Assembly: GCF_000711695.1 (NCBI RefSeq)
Contig: NW_013547018.1
Coordinates: 248,001 to 312,000 of the forward strand
Direction of reading: 5' to 3'
Source: Tilletiaria anomala UBC 951
Taxonomy: Eukaryota
Length of the DNA: 64,000 nucleotides
Below are positions 49,065 through 61,372 of this stretch, piece after piece; position 1 is the first letter of the stretch, and each line of letters begins with the position of its first letter. The position numbers and the translations under genes were made by a program. The notes below the pieces were generated by a model. It had not been told where the DNA came from. It did not search any database and was given only the letters and a program-made list of their open reading frames with translations.

Positions 49065-50123
49065 TCAATCCCGCTGTTGACCACCCTTCCTAGTCGAACC
49101 ACATCCAAGCTCGATGTCGTGCTCCATTTGGCTGAGCCGCTCCTCCGTCGCCCTGAGGATGCGCAGCCTTCGCTCCTCGCGTTCCTCCTCTTCCCTAGTT
49201 TGCCCAAACATGCCAACCTGTCTCCCCGAACTTCTCCCTCCACTTTCAGGCTCGTACACCTCATCGACGCTGAGAAGATGCGACCCGTCGCGTTGTGCGC
49301 GCTCGAAAGCGGCCAGTTGCGCGTTGAGCAACGAGTTGAGCTCTTTGAACTCTGGCGGGTGGTCGTGCACCTCGATGTGCGCTAGCTCGTGCATCAGCAC
49401 GCGCCGACTTGTGGCATAGTCCCGAAAGCCATCGTAGCGATCCGTCCGTATGCGCAAACTGATCCGCTGCCCCATATTCTCATTCAGGCCGAGCAGGTTC
49501 GGATGCTCGTGCGGGAGCAGCTCCGTCAATACACCGACATGGTAGCTGTGCAGTGCCATGACATGCAACACCCCCTGGTCGTTGGCGAGCCTGCGCAGGT
49601 AGGATGCGGCACGCTCATTCGCCTCGGGTGTGTACGCAGGAAAGTTGGGATGCGCGTAGATATTGCCGAATGGCGAAATGGCTGCCATGGTCGTGTTCCG
49701 CGGCTGCGGGAGAAGCGTATGCCGGTTTTGTGGGTCAATAAACGGATAGGCACGCAAATAAAGAGAGCAACTTACTCGTGCACCTCTCAGCAGCGACTCG
49801 TGGAGCTTCCTTGGCGATTGTCGAGTGGCAGCCGCAAGCTCTTGTCTAGTGACGCTTTTGAGCTCGTCGCCAGTGACGCCGAGCAGCATGATGCGCATCC
49901 CGTCTCGGATGCCTAGTTCTTCCAGTGTAGCTTCTGGTCGTTGTCCATTCAACTTCGGCTGGCTGGGAGAGCCTGCGACCTTGCTCGGAAGTAGCTTTTG
50001 GAGGTGTGGCGGAATGGACGTTGCTTTCTCGATTTCTCTTTGCAGATCTGAAAGGATTGGGCTGCTGTTTTCTTCGAACGATATCTCGTGGTGCTTCCCA
50101 CGATGGGAAACCTTGAGTTTCAT
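49065..50123 (-). CDS. UBL + WLM metalloprotease (Wss1/Wss2-like); one probable in-frame intron near 49775-49707
   Basis: N-terminal ubiquitin-like domain (LQREIEKATSIPPHLQKL..TLEELGI), WLM motifs VGVLTEL, LLGLNENMGQRISLRIRTD and HELAH...H. Confidence 0.88.
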   Translation of the reverse strand: MKLKVSHRGKHHEISFEENSSPILSDLQREIEKATSIPPHLQKLLPSKVAGSPSQPKLNGQRPEATLEELGIRDGMRIMLLGVTGDELKSVTRQELAAATRQSPRKLHESLLRGARVSCSLYLRAYPFIDPQNRHTLLPQPRNTTMAAISPFGNIYAHPNFPAYTPEANERAASYLRRLANDQGVLHVMALHSYHVGVLTELLPHEHPNLLGLNENMGQRISLRIRTDRYDGFRDYATSRRVLMHELAHIEVHDHPPEFKELNSLLNAQLAAFERAQRDGSHLLSVDEVYEPESGGRSSGRQVGMFGQTREEEEREERRLRILRATEERLSQMEHDIELGCGSTRKGGQQRD

Positions 50124-51575
50124 AGTTGCACAAGTACGAGAGCAGCTAGAGCCACTCTGCGATAAAGAGTAAGGCGGCTTGACGTAGCAGGAGACGATCA
50201 GGAGTGGGGAGCGCTCGCTTTCTCACTGAACGCCCGTTTCGATCCCGGATGGCCGCACCGCACCTTCCAGGAGAAGGATGTCAACAACTGGGTGCAGAAA
50301 CCAATCAAATCGTATTTGGGAGCGCACTCCTCTATGAAACAATGACCACACGGACAGATAGGGCAACCGACTACCTCAAAATATTGGCATAGTTGACGTT
50401 TTGGTACAGGCTTGCGCGTCGCGTGTCCTTGAAGATCATCATGGGCGTCGAAGTCGACCAAAAGCAGATTACTTATGTAATACCCTCGGAGATTGTGCTA
50501 ACTGCCAGATTATCACTCGGACATTGTGGTAGGAGGCATGGCTTTTAGTTTGCACCATTCACTGCGAAGCTGATCGCAGTCTCCTTGCGACCCTCCTTGG
50601 GGAACTGTTACATAAGCAGCTCTCAAAGCACGCCATCGCCACTTTTGCATGTATTTGGCCATGCTGCTTTGCGGCCGTTGCGGTGTACCGTTTGATCGAC
50701 ACTCGCACAACAGCAACGATTGACTGGAAACCATCGTCGGGACTTCGGACATGTCAGATGGAGACCCGGGACTGCCAGGTGCGTGTGGTGGCGCCACAGA
50801 AGTAGCTTGCTCATCTCTTTAATGTGATTTGTAGAATATGTGAAGCAGTGCACGAGCCACACCACTGCAGGCAAGCCGCCTTTTTGGAGGAACTTCCCCA
50901 TGTCATAAATAGTTGCAGCCTGTTGCACCCCTGCTTCTACTCCTTATCCACTCCCTTCCCACATCACGTTTTATGCACGTCCACTTCGCAAGCAAATTCC
51001 AACAGGTAAGCATTGGTTCTTCGCATGCGCTTGCCTTTTCACCTGTAGCAATCCAACAGGATGGCGACACGGCCCATGGCATACGGGACGCTGTCAGGCA
51101 ATCTCCAGTTCTTCACTTGGAGGAATGGATAGGGAGAGGCAATGTTACCAGGTTGCGTGCAAGCAGAAAGACTCGATTAACACGCCGTGGAACGCTACAC
51201 GGTGTGCTGCGCTTCGAGTCGAAGAGCGCTTGCAAGGATTGCAGCGTGAAAACCAGCAAAGGTTCCGTGATATCTCGTCAAGATCTCGCGATGGGTGCAT
51301 CTCTTCCATGATGGCAAGTTTTGCGGCTCGGCCTTTGTCAGTTTTCGAGCAGTTGAGGAACTTCGCGAAATTATCTGTTGCGGCAACGTGGCTGGCGTCC
51401 ATAGCTGGCGAAAGCTGGCAAAGCTGAACGTGTAGATCACTGCTAGAGTAGTATCTGGAGGGCGATCTTTCGATGGGGGATTGGACCAGATTTATCCACC
51501 CAAAGACACCCCTGTGTTCGTCACATTCGTGCTGACCATCTTTTTTGCTCTTCAGATAATCAATACCATATCACA

Positions 51576-52238
51576 ATGCCGAACCTTCGCCTTGGATCTG
51601 TTGCTCCGGACTTTACCGCCGAGACCACTCAAGGGACGATCCAATTCCACCAATGGCTAGGTGACTCTTGGGCGATTCTCTTCTCGCACCCGGACGACTT
51701 CACCCCGGTCTGCACGACTGAGCTTGGCGAGGTTGCGCGCAAGAGCGAAGAGTTCAAAAAGCGCGGTGTTAAGGTTATCGGGCTCTCTGCGAACGACGTT
51801 GCCTCGCACGACAAGTGGATCGCGGACATCAATGAGGTTGGTAAGACCAAAGTCGAGTTCCCGATCATTGGCGACAAGGACCGCAAGATTGCAACCGAAT
51901 ACGACATGCTCGACGCGCTTGACCCGACCAACGTCGACGCAAAGGGCATGCCGATGACTGTGCGCGACGTTTTTGTCATTGACCCGAAAAAAGTGATCCG
52001 ACTCAAGATTTCCTACCCTGCCTCAACTGGTCGTCACTTTGACGAGATCCTGCGTGTGGTTGACTCGCTGCAGACCGGCGACAAGTACCGCGTCACCACC
52101 CCGGTCAACTGGCAAAAGGGCGACAAGGTCATCGTACACCCATCAGTGCAGGGCGCCGAGGCGGAGAAGCTCTTCCCTGGTTACGAGACTGTCAAACCGT
52201 ACCTCAGATTCACCAAGGACCCATCTGCTCAGGCCTGA
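51576..52238 (+). CDS. PRX1: 1-Cys peroxiredoxin (Prx6 family), 220 aa, no N-terminal targeting peptide
   Basis: FSHPDDFTPVCTTE active site, YPASTGRHFDEILRVVDSLQ, TPVNW, PYLRFT. Confidence 0.95.
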   Translation: MPNLRLGSVAPDFTAETTQGTIQFHQWLGDSWAILFSHPDDFTPVCTTELGEVARKSEEFKKRGVKVIGLSANDVASHDKWIADINEVGKTKVEFPIIGDKDRKIATEYDMLDALDPTNVDAKGMPMTVRDVFVIDPKKVIRLKISYPASTGRHFDEILRVVDSLQTGDKYRVTTPVNWQKGDKVIVHPSVQGAEAEKLFPGYETVKPYLRFTKDPSAQA

Positions 52239-53307
52239 GCATACTTGTACAAGTGCGGCGGTGCGTGGGCATGGTGTGTATTACAGCTGGGAAGATGTTC
52301 GCAGCAAATAGTATAATTCGCGAGCATCCTTTATTGCAAAATGACTATGCTAAAGAAGGATCACGAAGGCGCGAAGACTTGCCTGCCCTGGTGAACAATT
52401 CAATCCCTCGCATTTCTCATCGGGTGCACTCGATTGCTTTCCTCGCTTCGCCAGGTAAGTCAATGGCGAAACCAATCCTGGGCTACGTCGCGCTGAGAGT
52501 CAGTGTCCTGAACTGTCGTAGCGCCGCACCTGGCTGTGACAAGACCACACAGCATTAGCTGATCAGTCTACACTCGTGAACAGGTAACAGTGTGCTCACC
52601 TTGAACCAACTAATGTGCCTTGCTTCAGCTTGAGCAACGAGGAGTTGTGTGGCAAGCGTGGCTTTCGTTCTGGCGCATTCAATACTGGAACAAGTGGCCC
52701 CCGAAAGGACTGGGGTTGCCGCGATGAGCGTATTGCCTTATGCGATTGCCATCGAGAAATGAAATGGGCGGTAAGCCGACACGCACAGAGGCTCGGAAGT
52801 AAGAAAGCGCTCCTACCGACTCTCCCTGCGAGCGGTTAGCAAAGCCTATAGAAGTGGCATAGCTTAATTGTGGGAAGCCGAGCTTAATGCCGGCTGGCTG
52901 CCGTCCGGGTAACTTATGAAGCTGAAGCGCCTCGGATTGCATGCCGACTGCAGGAGTGTGTGAAAGACTTGACTGGACTATACAATGATGTCGTTGTTGG
53001 TTGCGCGCCGGAACAATCGCGTCGCGTCTCGCCTCGTCACAGCCACAGCGCCGCAGCCACATGTGCTGCACTGGAAGGAACACGACCGCGGCATTGACTT
53101 TCATTACGCAATCCAATGATGCCCACGTCATAGATGTCGCTTAGAACGTGGAGCCCCCAAAGCGGCTTGCTCGTCCTTGCCGAATGCCAATGCGTTCATG
53201 TACCTCCTGAATAGCTCAAAGACTTGTCTAACGACATTTTATCGAAGGTGGAACAGAGATCACATAACCTTGTCCTTGCTCGCATCCGAGAAGCAGACGT
53301 GCTCAAA

Positions 53308-54340
53308 ATGCCAGCCCTGCCAGAAATCCTGATCCATATCGTGAGCTACGCTACCATGCACCAACCAGTTGGACCGATGCTGACTCCCTCTTTGATCATA
53401 TTGCACGACGATGCCTGCTCTCTGGTGGTACTAACGAACGACCCATGCGATGTGAACTTGGCGTGATGTCCAGCCCCGGAACCCGGCCATTGCAATTGGC
53501 GTGCCTGTCGGCCTTGGCTTCGCGACCGGCTTTCTCACGCGTAACAGCAAGTATGGTCCACAAAGCATATGGTATAAGTCGCTGCAAAAACCGAGCGGCA
53601 ACCCGCCAAACTGGTCTTTCGGAGTGAGTTGGCGATTCGTCTTCTAGTTTGGGCATTTGGGCCCTTTCGAATGCATCAAAAGGGAGGAGGAGGGCTATTG
53701 ACACTATTGCACCGTCCTTGCACATTTGCAGGTCGTTTGGCCCACACTATACGTCTGCATGGGATGGAGCTCTCATCTGATGGTTAAGGCACTAGAAAGG
53801 ACTCCTCCGGGTGAGTGAAGGACATGTGGTGGTTGGCTTGCCTACCTCGTACAGGCATCTTATTCCACTAGTTGCCAGGCTTCGGACGTGACAGGGCGCA
53901 CCTTGCCCTCGGCCTCTACTGGGGCCAGTTGGCCCTTAACAAGTAAGCTGGGAAGATGATTTGGAAAGTCGATACATGCAGATCATAACCCATGAACACC
54001 TTTTCTGCTCTTTAGGGCCTGGTCCGCCATTTCTTTCGGAACCGGTGAGCACTGTTGCTGCAAGTAACCTTGAACAGCGTCCGAGCTCATCGTGCCCTCC
54101 CCTTGTCACCCTCCCGATGCACTTCCAGGCAACCTCGGTCTGGCGCTGATTGACATCGTCTCTTTGACGGGGGCAGTCGGCTACTTGATCCACGTCCTGC
54201 AGGACGTCGAGCCGACAGCTTCCTATTTCCTTGCCCCGTACATTGCTTGGCTGTCCTACGCGACGTACCTCAATGGCTCGCTCTGGTGGAACAACTTCGG
54301 CAAGCACCAGTTTGCAAATCTGAGGAAGAAGGCCGACTAA
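53308..54340 (+). CDS. TSPO: TspO/MBR translocator protein (6 exons)
   Basis: Spliced: MPALPEILIHI/PRNP..., WYKSLQKPSGNPPNWSFG/VVWPTLYVCMG, LYWGQLALN, LALIDIVSL, FLAPYIAWLSYATYLN. Mostly absent from the ORF track. Confidence 0.9.
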
Positions 54341-54487
54341 GCTGACAGCAAACCATCGCGAATGTATCCTTAATGAGCCTGTGAAGCTGGGCTGGAAGCC
54401 ACAAAATTGATGTTTGGCAATGACAGAGGCTTGCTATGGTACAATGGGGTGAGATGCTCATGTAGCGGTTGCTGCAAGCATCGAGTT

Positions 54488-55471
54488 TCAACTTTGTAGG
54501 ATCCGCTGCGCGACTCTGTGGGTTATCAGGAAATGCGATGATCAGCTTATGAGCACGAAGAGGCAGTCATAGGATAACACACTTGTCCCGCAGAGTCGAG
54601 TAGGCATTCATGATGGCTGGAATAGAAAGGTCGAGCAGTGTCAGTGATGCATTCTGGATGAAGTCGATTGATGTCGGGCTTACTCTGCTCGTTAATCTGC
54701 AGCTCGGTCACGTCCGGTCTTGGCCGCGACACTCGTGATGCGATGGCTGTGGAGTCGGTCTCTAGGATGATGCTGAGAAGAATAAACCCAACTTCTGTCA
54801 GAACATGACCGCCGAGAAGAAATGAACGCCATGTAGCGATACACACCCGTCGTCAACACATTCGTCAATCGCTAGTGTGACAAGGTCTAGGTTCTCAAGA
54901 ATAGCGCGCTTCTCCACTTGCCCTCGGAGCAGCAAACTGATCGAGTCGTAGATGGCCGACATGAGCCCTGAAAGCATCAGAGGGTTCTCATCCCCAGGGC
55001 CGATAACGTAGAGTGTGACATCCAGCGAGGGCCGGAACAGGACCAGATGTGAGTCGTAGAGAAGAATGTCGCCTGGGTTTCGCGAGCGGCGGGGTGAGGG
55101 TCAGGGTTAGCTTGTGACACCAAAGAAGTTTCTGCGAGAAATCCTCACCTGTCGACTTTCGTGTCTTCTCCCATACAGCTCGCTCAAATGATTTTTGCTC
55201 TTTGACAGTAGGGAATGGATTCTTCGCGCTCAGCTGTGGTGGCCCTTGCAACCCCGCCTGCTGACCCGTCGGCGCATTGGCGGCATGTGGCGGCTGGTAG
55301 TACTTTGAGATCACTCGATCTCCATCCGAGTCGAGCAGTAGAACTGGAGGCGGGTTGAAAGGTTAGGTGAGTCAACATCACCGATTTCGACAGCGCACGC
55401 AGACCAAGAATGGCCGAGGGCAAGGCCAGGAACTTACACGCTGTCGTTGTGTACAGCGAGAGATTCGCCAT
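54488..55471 (-). CDS. RET3: Coatomer subunit zeta (6 exons)
   Basis: Spliced: MANLSLYTTTA/FLLLDSDGDRVISKYY..KEQKSFERAVWEKT/..DENPLML..QVEKRAILENLDLVTLAIDECVDDG/IILETDSTAIASRVS...VAQRILQS*. Confidence 0.92.
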
Positions 55472-56299
55472 TTCGGAAGCGTGAATGCGGCGGCAGTGCG
55501 TTTGGCGTCTAGCTATCCAATTCTGGCTCGTCAATCGCTCGCACGGAGGAATAGTCTTACAAGGATGGATGCAACGCGGGGATGATAAACACACGCAGTA
55601 TAGTGGGTGTAAGCTCAAAGGTGCCCTTCAAGAGGTTGCTTCGCGATGAGTGCCATCGGCGGCTCATGCGCGCGCTCGCGACACTAGGGCCGAGCGGCGC
55701 TCACCCTCACTAATACACACCAGATTCCAGAAAGAAACTCCCGCACCGTTGAGGTTTTCAAAAACCCATCACCGCGTCCGTTTTATGTAGCGGTCAAATG
55801 ACACGAGCACGGAGTACCAATGCAGAGCTTCTCATTGCATTTCATCATGTTCTGAAAGACAGGTTCGCCGAATAGGGCTCCCGTCATGCTCCCTGTGCTT
55901 GCCGACCCGGTCTGTCGAGGGGACCAGAGCCTTGCAATCATTTGCAAACCGTGCAACATGCTAATAATGAAACAAGCAGCTCGTACGGGCTGGTTCTTGT
56001 GTGTCAGATTCATCCAAGAACAAAAGCCAAGCAAAAACAATGATGGCCATCCGGGCGTTGCGGATGAGGCGGATGTCTACGTAAGAAATTCAAATGCAAA
56101 TGTGACCAGAGCATCAACTTTGAATGCGATGCGTTATGGGGGTGATGGCGCCGGTCGAGATGCGACGAAGTTGGGAAAGGACCATTGGTAGTCTATAGAA
56201 ACGAATGCAGCGGGTTCAAATTTGCTGAAGGGAGGAAAAGGCAGAGCCTGACGTTGGCGCTGTGGCTGGAAATGAGTTTTCGATGATTTGGGGATGCTG

Positions 56300-57897
56300 C
56301 TAAGAGATGCTAAAGCTGCTCAAGAGGAACGGATCCCGGCTGTAGTCTTGGTACATTGGCCGTGCCAGGGAGGCGATGGTGACGCGCTTGTCCATCTCAA
56401 TGTCTTCTATCAGGGCCTCTACGTTGGTCAAAGGAAAGCGGTCTCAGATGCCATCGCAACAGTGAAGTGGAGGGGCAGACATTCTCACCTTTGTTAATGT
56501 AATTGTACTCCGGACGAATGTATCCCAAAACGACCACGCGAATTTCGAGGCCATAAAAATCAGCCTGGAATTTGTGCATGATGTGAACCTCCTGTAGGAA
56601 CCGCAGCGAAGCCACAAGTCGATCATATTAGGGTAAAAACTCGTGAGGTGCACATCACGCGCTAATGTATACGCTCACTCACAGCTGTCTTTGTGGTGTT
56701 TCCGTAAAAAGGGTTCCATCCGACGCTCATGACCATCGGGAACACCAAGGAATCCTCCTCCGCAAGATTTACCCGAAGCTTCTTCTTGCGTCTGCTGCTG
56801 CTCGATCGGTTGCTCAGGGCGCTGCCCTGTGCATCATCACTTCCTGATCGCAAGGATGCAGTGCTGCTTGCCGCGCTCAAGTCGCGCGGATGCTTTTCGC
56901 CAGCCTGGGCTAGCTTTGCGATAGGTACCGGCGTCACCGTCGTCACGGACAGCTCTGGCTTCGTGCTTGCTGCTTCGCTCGAAGACAAGTGTAAACTTGG
57001 TGCTGAAGCATGCACCGAGGTTGTCGCTCCTTTCGTGGATTCATTCCCAAGGTCGTTCGGCTTGAGCACGCTACTCTGTGCCTCCGCGGTCTTCTCTTCA
57101 CGCGCGACTTGAGCTTCCTTGTCGCTCAACACTGATGCTGGCCGAGCAATCAGCTCTCCCTCACTGCCGTTGCCGAGCAGCGGACTGAGCATTGATGAGT
57201 CTTGCTGTGGTCGCGATCTATTCACGTTTGCGCCGCCTGCGAAAGCCCCCACTGCTATTGACGAAGGCGATTTGCATTGGGAAGAGCTCAGCAAGGATGC
57301 ATTGTTGGGCACATCCACGACAGTTGATGTTGATCGTGCAGAGCGAACTGAGCTTCTGCTGCCCTGTCGAGGCTTTAAACTTCGTGAGAGCGAAGCAGAC
57401 AGCTGAGATCCGGAATTGCCGGTGTGTGTTGACTGCCCGCCTTGGCCCAATGAATCCAGACTACCCTCGTTGATGGGGCTGATACCCAGTACCACCTCAT
57501 TGTCATCTTCGTCTTCCTCAACCTCACCTGCCTCTTGTGCAGCACCAGTCTCCTGTTCGCTCTCCTCGCTCAGTTCCGGGTCTTCCGGGTCTTGCGGAAG
57601 CACCCGTGCCCAACCAAAGTAAATACCTGTCCGACTTAGGCCTTGACTTGAGCTTGCATTCCCCAATATCTTCGCAGGCAGATTGGCTGTTGGGCAACCG
57701 AGATCCTTGCCGCCGCGCCCAAATCCACGCTCCACGTCGCCATGCAGATAGATTGGGTAGGGGCGCTCTGGTGCGTCTGAGCCACAGATACTAGGTCGAT
57801 TTTGTCTGGAAGGGGAAGGTCCTGCGGAGCTTGGTTGATATGGCGCAGATGACGAGCCGCTGCCGTTGCCAGAAGTCGGTGGTGAAGACGTTGCCAT
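56300..57897 (-). CDS. FMN1: Riboflavin kinase with a large internal insertion (3 exons)
   Basis: GFGRGGKDLGCPTANL, TGIYFGWARV, VFPMVMSVGWNPFYGN, EVHIMHKFQADFYG, LGYIRPEYNY, EALIEDIEMD. Confidence 0.93.
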
Positions 57898-59184
57898 TGT
57901 TGTTTCGCATCCAAGCAGAGCTGGTGATGGACTGTTGAGGCTTCCCAAGAACCTGAGGCGAACCTGCGCCTTGATTCGAGCAGAATAAATGCCAATTCTC
58001 TGCTCGCGTTTCTTCCCTGATATCAACAACTGAGACCCAAATTATTGGTGCTGATACCCTGTGCAAGCGGTGAGGTCTGGAAGAAACAGGCAGAGTCAGC
58101 CATTGATCCCAAAAGAAGGGCACGGATGCGACAGGCATGCTAAGGTTGCTGTTCGGAGACACGCGAGATGCTCCAATTTGCAACACGGCAAGCGGTGCAT
58201 CTGCTTGTTACACGTAGAAGCAGATGCGACGAAGGCACCTCTTTTTCCGAACTAATGTCGAACGAGCCTCTGGCCTTTCCGCACAACATTTTGAGGGCAG
58301 CGGGACTACAGAAGCAAACAGACCAAGCTTCCAAGGTTCGCTATCCATCCGGGCCAACTCACCTTTCAACAGCACAATCTTGTTTGCGTTGCTCGCGTGT
58401 CTCCCGAAATGGATAATGAACGGGTGGCTTGAAGTGGTGTCGAATCAGGATTGCGAGCAGGCGAACACTTCCTGACTGGCGCAAGCAAGCCTTCCAAGCT
58501 TCACGCCAGCAAGAATGCAGCCAGCTGGCTCCTTTGCGCTTCTCTCCTTCGTGTTCTCCCACCGTGATGCGCAGCAAGATATCCTTTGCTGATGGACCAT
58601 GGAAGTGCGATGGTTTCTCCTTGAATCGACATCAGGCGCCAGTAAATCGAGTCAACAAATAGCACCTCTCTGACTGCCGCCATGCCCGCGTACGTAGTGC
58701 TTCCGCGCAAGAACAAGATTGAGAATAGAGCCCGACACTGCTGCACTCTGTCTGCAGCAGGGCAGCATCGCGGAGAGGCGCCAAGTGTGTGTGCCTCCAC
58801 GAGAGCTTAGCGCGCCACGGTTCCGCAACCCGCGCGCACGGGGTGAAGTGACGGGTGTTGCACCGAATCTGTGAAGACGCGGAAGTATGACTCGCCCTTT
58901 TTTGGTCTGCGAGTCGCCAGACTATACAGGGTTGACCTTCTCAGTGCCACCAGGCAAGAAAATGTGCAGGCTGGCTGAACTGCAAGTGCCATTTACCCCG
59001 AACACAGCGCACCGCGGACTTGTCTCGATCAAACGGCCTTCTGAATTCTAACCCTTTTACAGCATGATGGAACAAGTGAAAGCACTCGAGTTCAACCTGG
59101 GCAAGTTTTCAGCTCACGTCACTTGTGGGACAAGGCTCTCACGTTATCACACAGCAGTCCGAATACCAACTGCCCAAAGGCAGC

Positions 59185-61047
59185 ATGAAGTATCTGAGCA
59201 CTCGCGGCGGCCCCGAGCGGCTGTCCTTTGAGGAGGTGAGTCGACCTTGAACCAGAACCGCGTTACTCGTTGGCACCAACTCATTCACAGTGCTCCCGGT
59301 CGCATTATACCCCTGGCGTTGGTAGGCAGTGATCCAAGGCCTTGCGCCAAATGGTGGCCTCTACATTCCCGCTGCGATACCACAGCTGCCGCCAAACTGG
59401 GCCACCGAGTGGTCATCGTTCACTTTCCCCCAGCTCTCCTTTCAGATTCTCCGAAGATTCATCCCAGTGTCGGCCTCTGAAGGCGGTATTCCTGATGCAG
59501 ACCTCAAATCACTTATTGAGCGCTCCTACTCGACGTTCCGCGACCCGCAGGTCAGCCCGCTCGTACAGCTTGCAGACCACGAGTGGTGCCTCGAACTCTG
59601 GCATGGTCCGACGTTTGCCTTCAAGGACGTGGCGCTGCAGCTAGTCGGAAACCTGTTCGAATACTTTTTGCAACGCCGCAATGCCGCTAAGTCGCAAGGC
59701 GCCACCCCTGACCGCATCACCGTCGTTGGTGCTACTTCGGGGGACACTGGCAGCGCAGCTATCGCTGGTCTCAGAAGCAAAGCGAACATCGACATCTTCA
59801 TCCTTCATCCCAAGGGGAGGGTCAGTCCGATCCAAGAGGCCCAGATGACGACAGTGCTCGATACCAATGTGCACAATTTGGCGGTAGACGGCACGTTTGA
59901 TGACTGCCAGGACATCGTTAAGGTTCTCTTCTCCGACAAAGCTTTCAACGATCAGTACCGTTTGGGTGCAGTCAACTCCATCAACTTTGCTCGCATCCTC
60001 GCGCAGATTGTCTACTACTTTTCCGCCTACTTCCAACTGCAGAAGCAGCTCGGACTATCAACTGCCTCTTCTTTCCCGCCAGAGATCCAGTTCGTTGTGC
60101 CGACTGGAAATTTCGGCGACGTCCTTGCTGGCTACTATGCAAAGCGCATGGGCATGCCGGTTCAGAACCTCGCGGTCGCAACGAACGAGAACGACATTCT
60201 ACAACGCTTCTGGAAGAGCGGTGCCTATGAAAAGAATAGCGCATCTTCACAGAGTGGGCATACTTCAATGTCGCAGGTGGAACTTGCACAAAGCTCGCTT
60301 GACAGTGCTGCAGGAGGCGTCAAGGCTACGCTGAGCCCAGCGATGGACATTCTGGTCTCTTCCAATTTCGAGCGATTGCTGTGGTACCTGGTCTTTGAGA
60401 CGGATACCTCTGGATCAGATGAGGAGCGGGCATCAAGAGCGGGCGAGCAGATCGGGAACTGGATGAAGGACTTGAAGGAAAAAGGAAGATTCGCAGTGTC
60501 AGAGGAACAGCACAAGCTTGCGCGGCGAGACTTTTCTGCGGAGAGGGTCTCTGACTCTGAGGTGGGTCGACTCTTTCCTCTTTTGCACCATACCATGTCG
60601 CTGTTCGCTGACAAATGACTGAATCTTTTACAGACCAAGAAGACCATCCTCAAGTACTTTTCCTCCCCGCCGTCTGCAATGCACCGGAAGTCGTATCTTG
60701 TTGATCCGCATACCGCCGTCGGCATGTGCGCAGCGAACCGACTCGTGAGCTCGAACCGCTCGGCCACGCACCAGATCATCCTTTCCACTGCACATCCCGC
60801 CAAGTTTTCCGAGGCGGTCGTCTCCTCGCTGGAATCTGCTGGCGCACAGTTCGACTTTGACAGAGACGTGCTGCCGCCGGAGATGCATGGCCTGCTCGAA
60901 AAGGAAAGAAGAGTCATTGATGTCAAGCTCGGGCAGCAGGGTGGATTTGAGAGCTTAGTGGAGAACACGAAAGCGGTAATTGAGAAGACGGTCGGGGCTT
61001 CCCAGGCACAGTCGCAAGCGAACGGTGCAGTGACTGCAAGTTCATAG
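59185..61047 (+). CDS. THR4: Threonine synthase (PLP); introns approx. 59236-59325 and 60562-60632
   Basis: MKYLSTRG, GLAPNGGLYIP, ELWHGPTFAFKDVALQ (PLP Lys), GATSGDTGSAA, NSINFARI, VPTGNFGD, DPHTAVG, STAHPAKF. Confidence 0.96.
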
Positions 61048-61372
61048 TCCAAAATGTCGCTTCTCCCTCTTCCCGAATAAATAATCGCCACAGGATCTAC
61101 CAGCGTCTGCACAGTAGTCCAGGCTGTCGATTTCTTTTGAACCCTTATCCTTCATTGGCGCGGTGGTGGTGCGCTAGATGGGCGGCTTAAAGACTCTATC
61201 AACAGTCTCGATATCCGTGAAAAGACTGCAGAGCCGGCAGAAGCAAGTCTTGTCCCTTCTCTAACGCATCACCAGCAAGATCAGAATGTTGCGAATGGGG
61301 TTCTTTCCTATGCTACACAGTGAAAAGGAAGGCAGAGCTACATGCTGGGCTGTCTAGCTCTTATCTTGGCGA

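Noticed and set aside
51308..51427. Presequence-like ORF MMASFAARPLSVFEQLRNF... as a mitochondrial targeting exon for PRX1
   Set aside because: No phase-1 donor at a useful position to join it in frame to the acceptor at 51555.
51327..51455. U2 snRNA-like fragments (CTCGGCCTTT, GTAGTATCTG)
   Set aside because: Spacing and intervening sequence are incompatible with U2; chance matches.
46766..54340. Dioxygenase / peroxiredoxin / TSPO as a metabolic or stress gene cluster
   Set aside because: No backbone synthase, regulator or dedicated transporter; the genes are interspersed with unrelated housekeeping genes.
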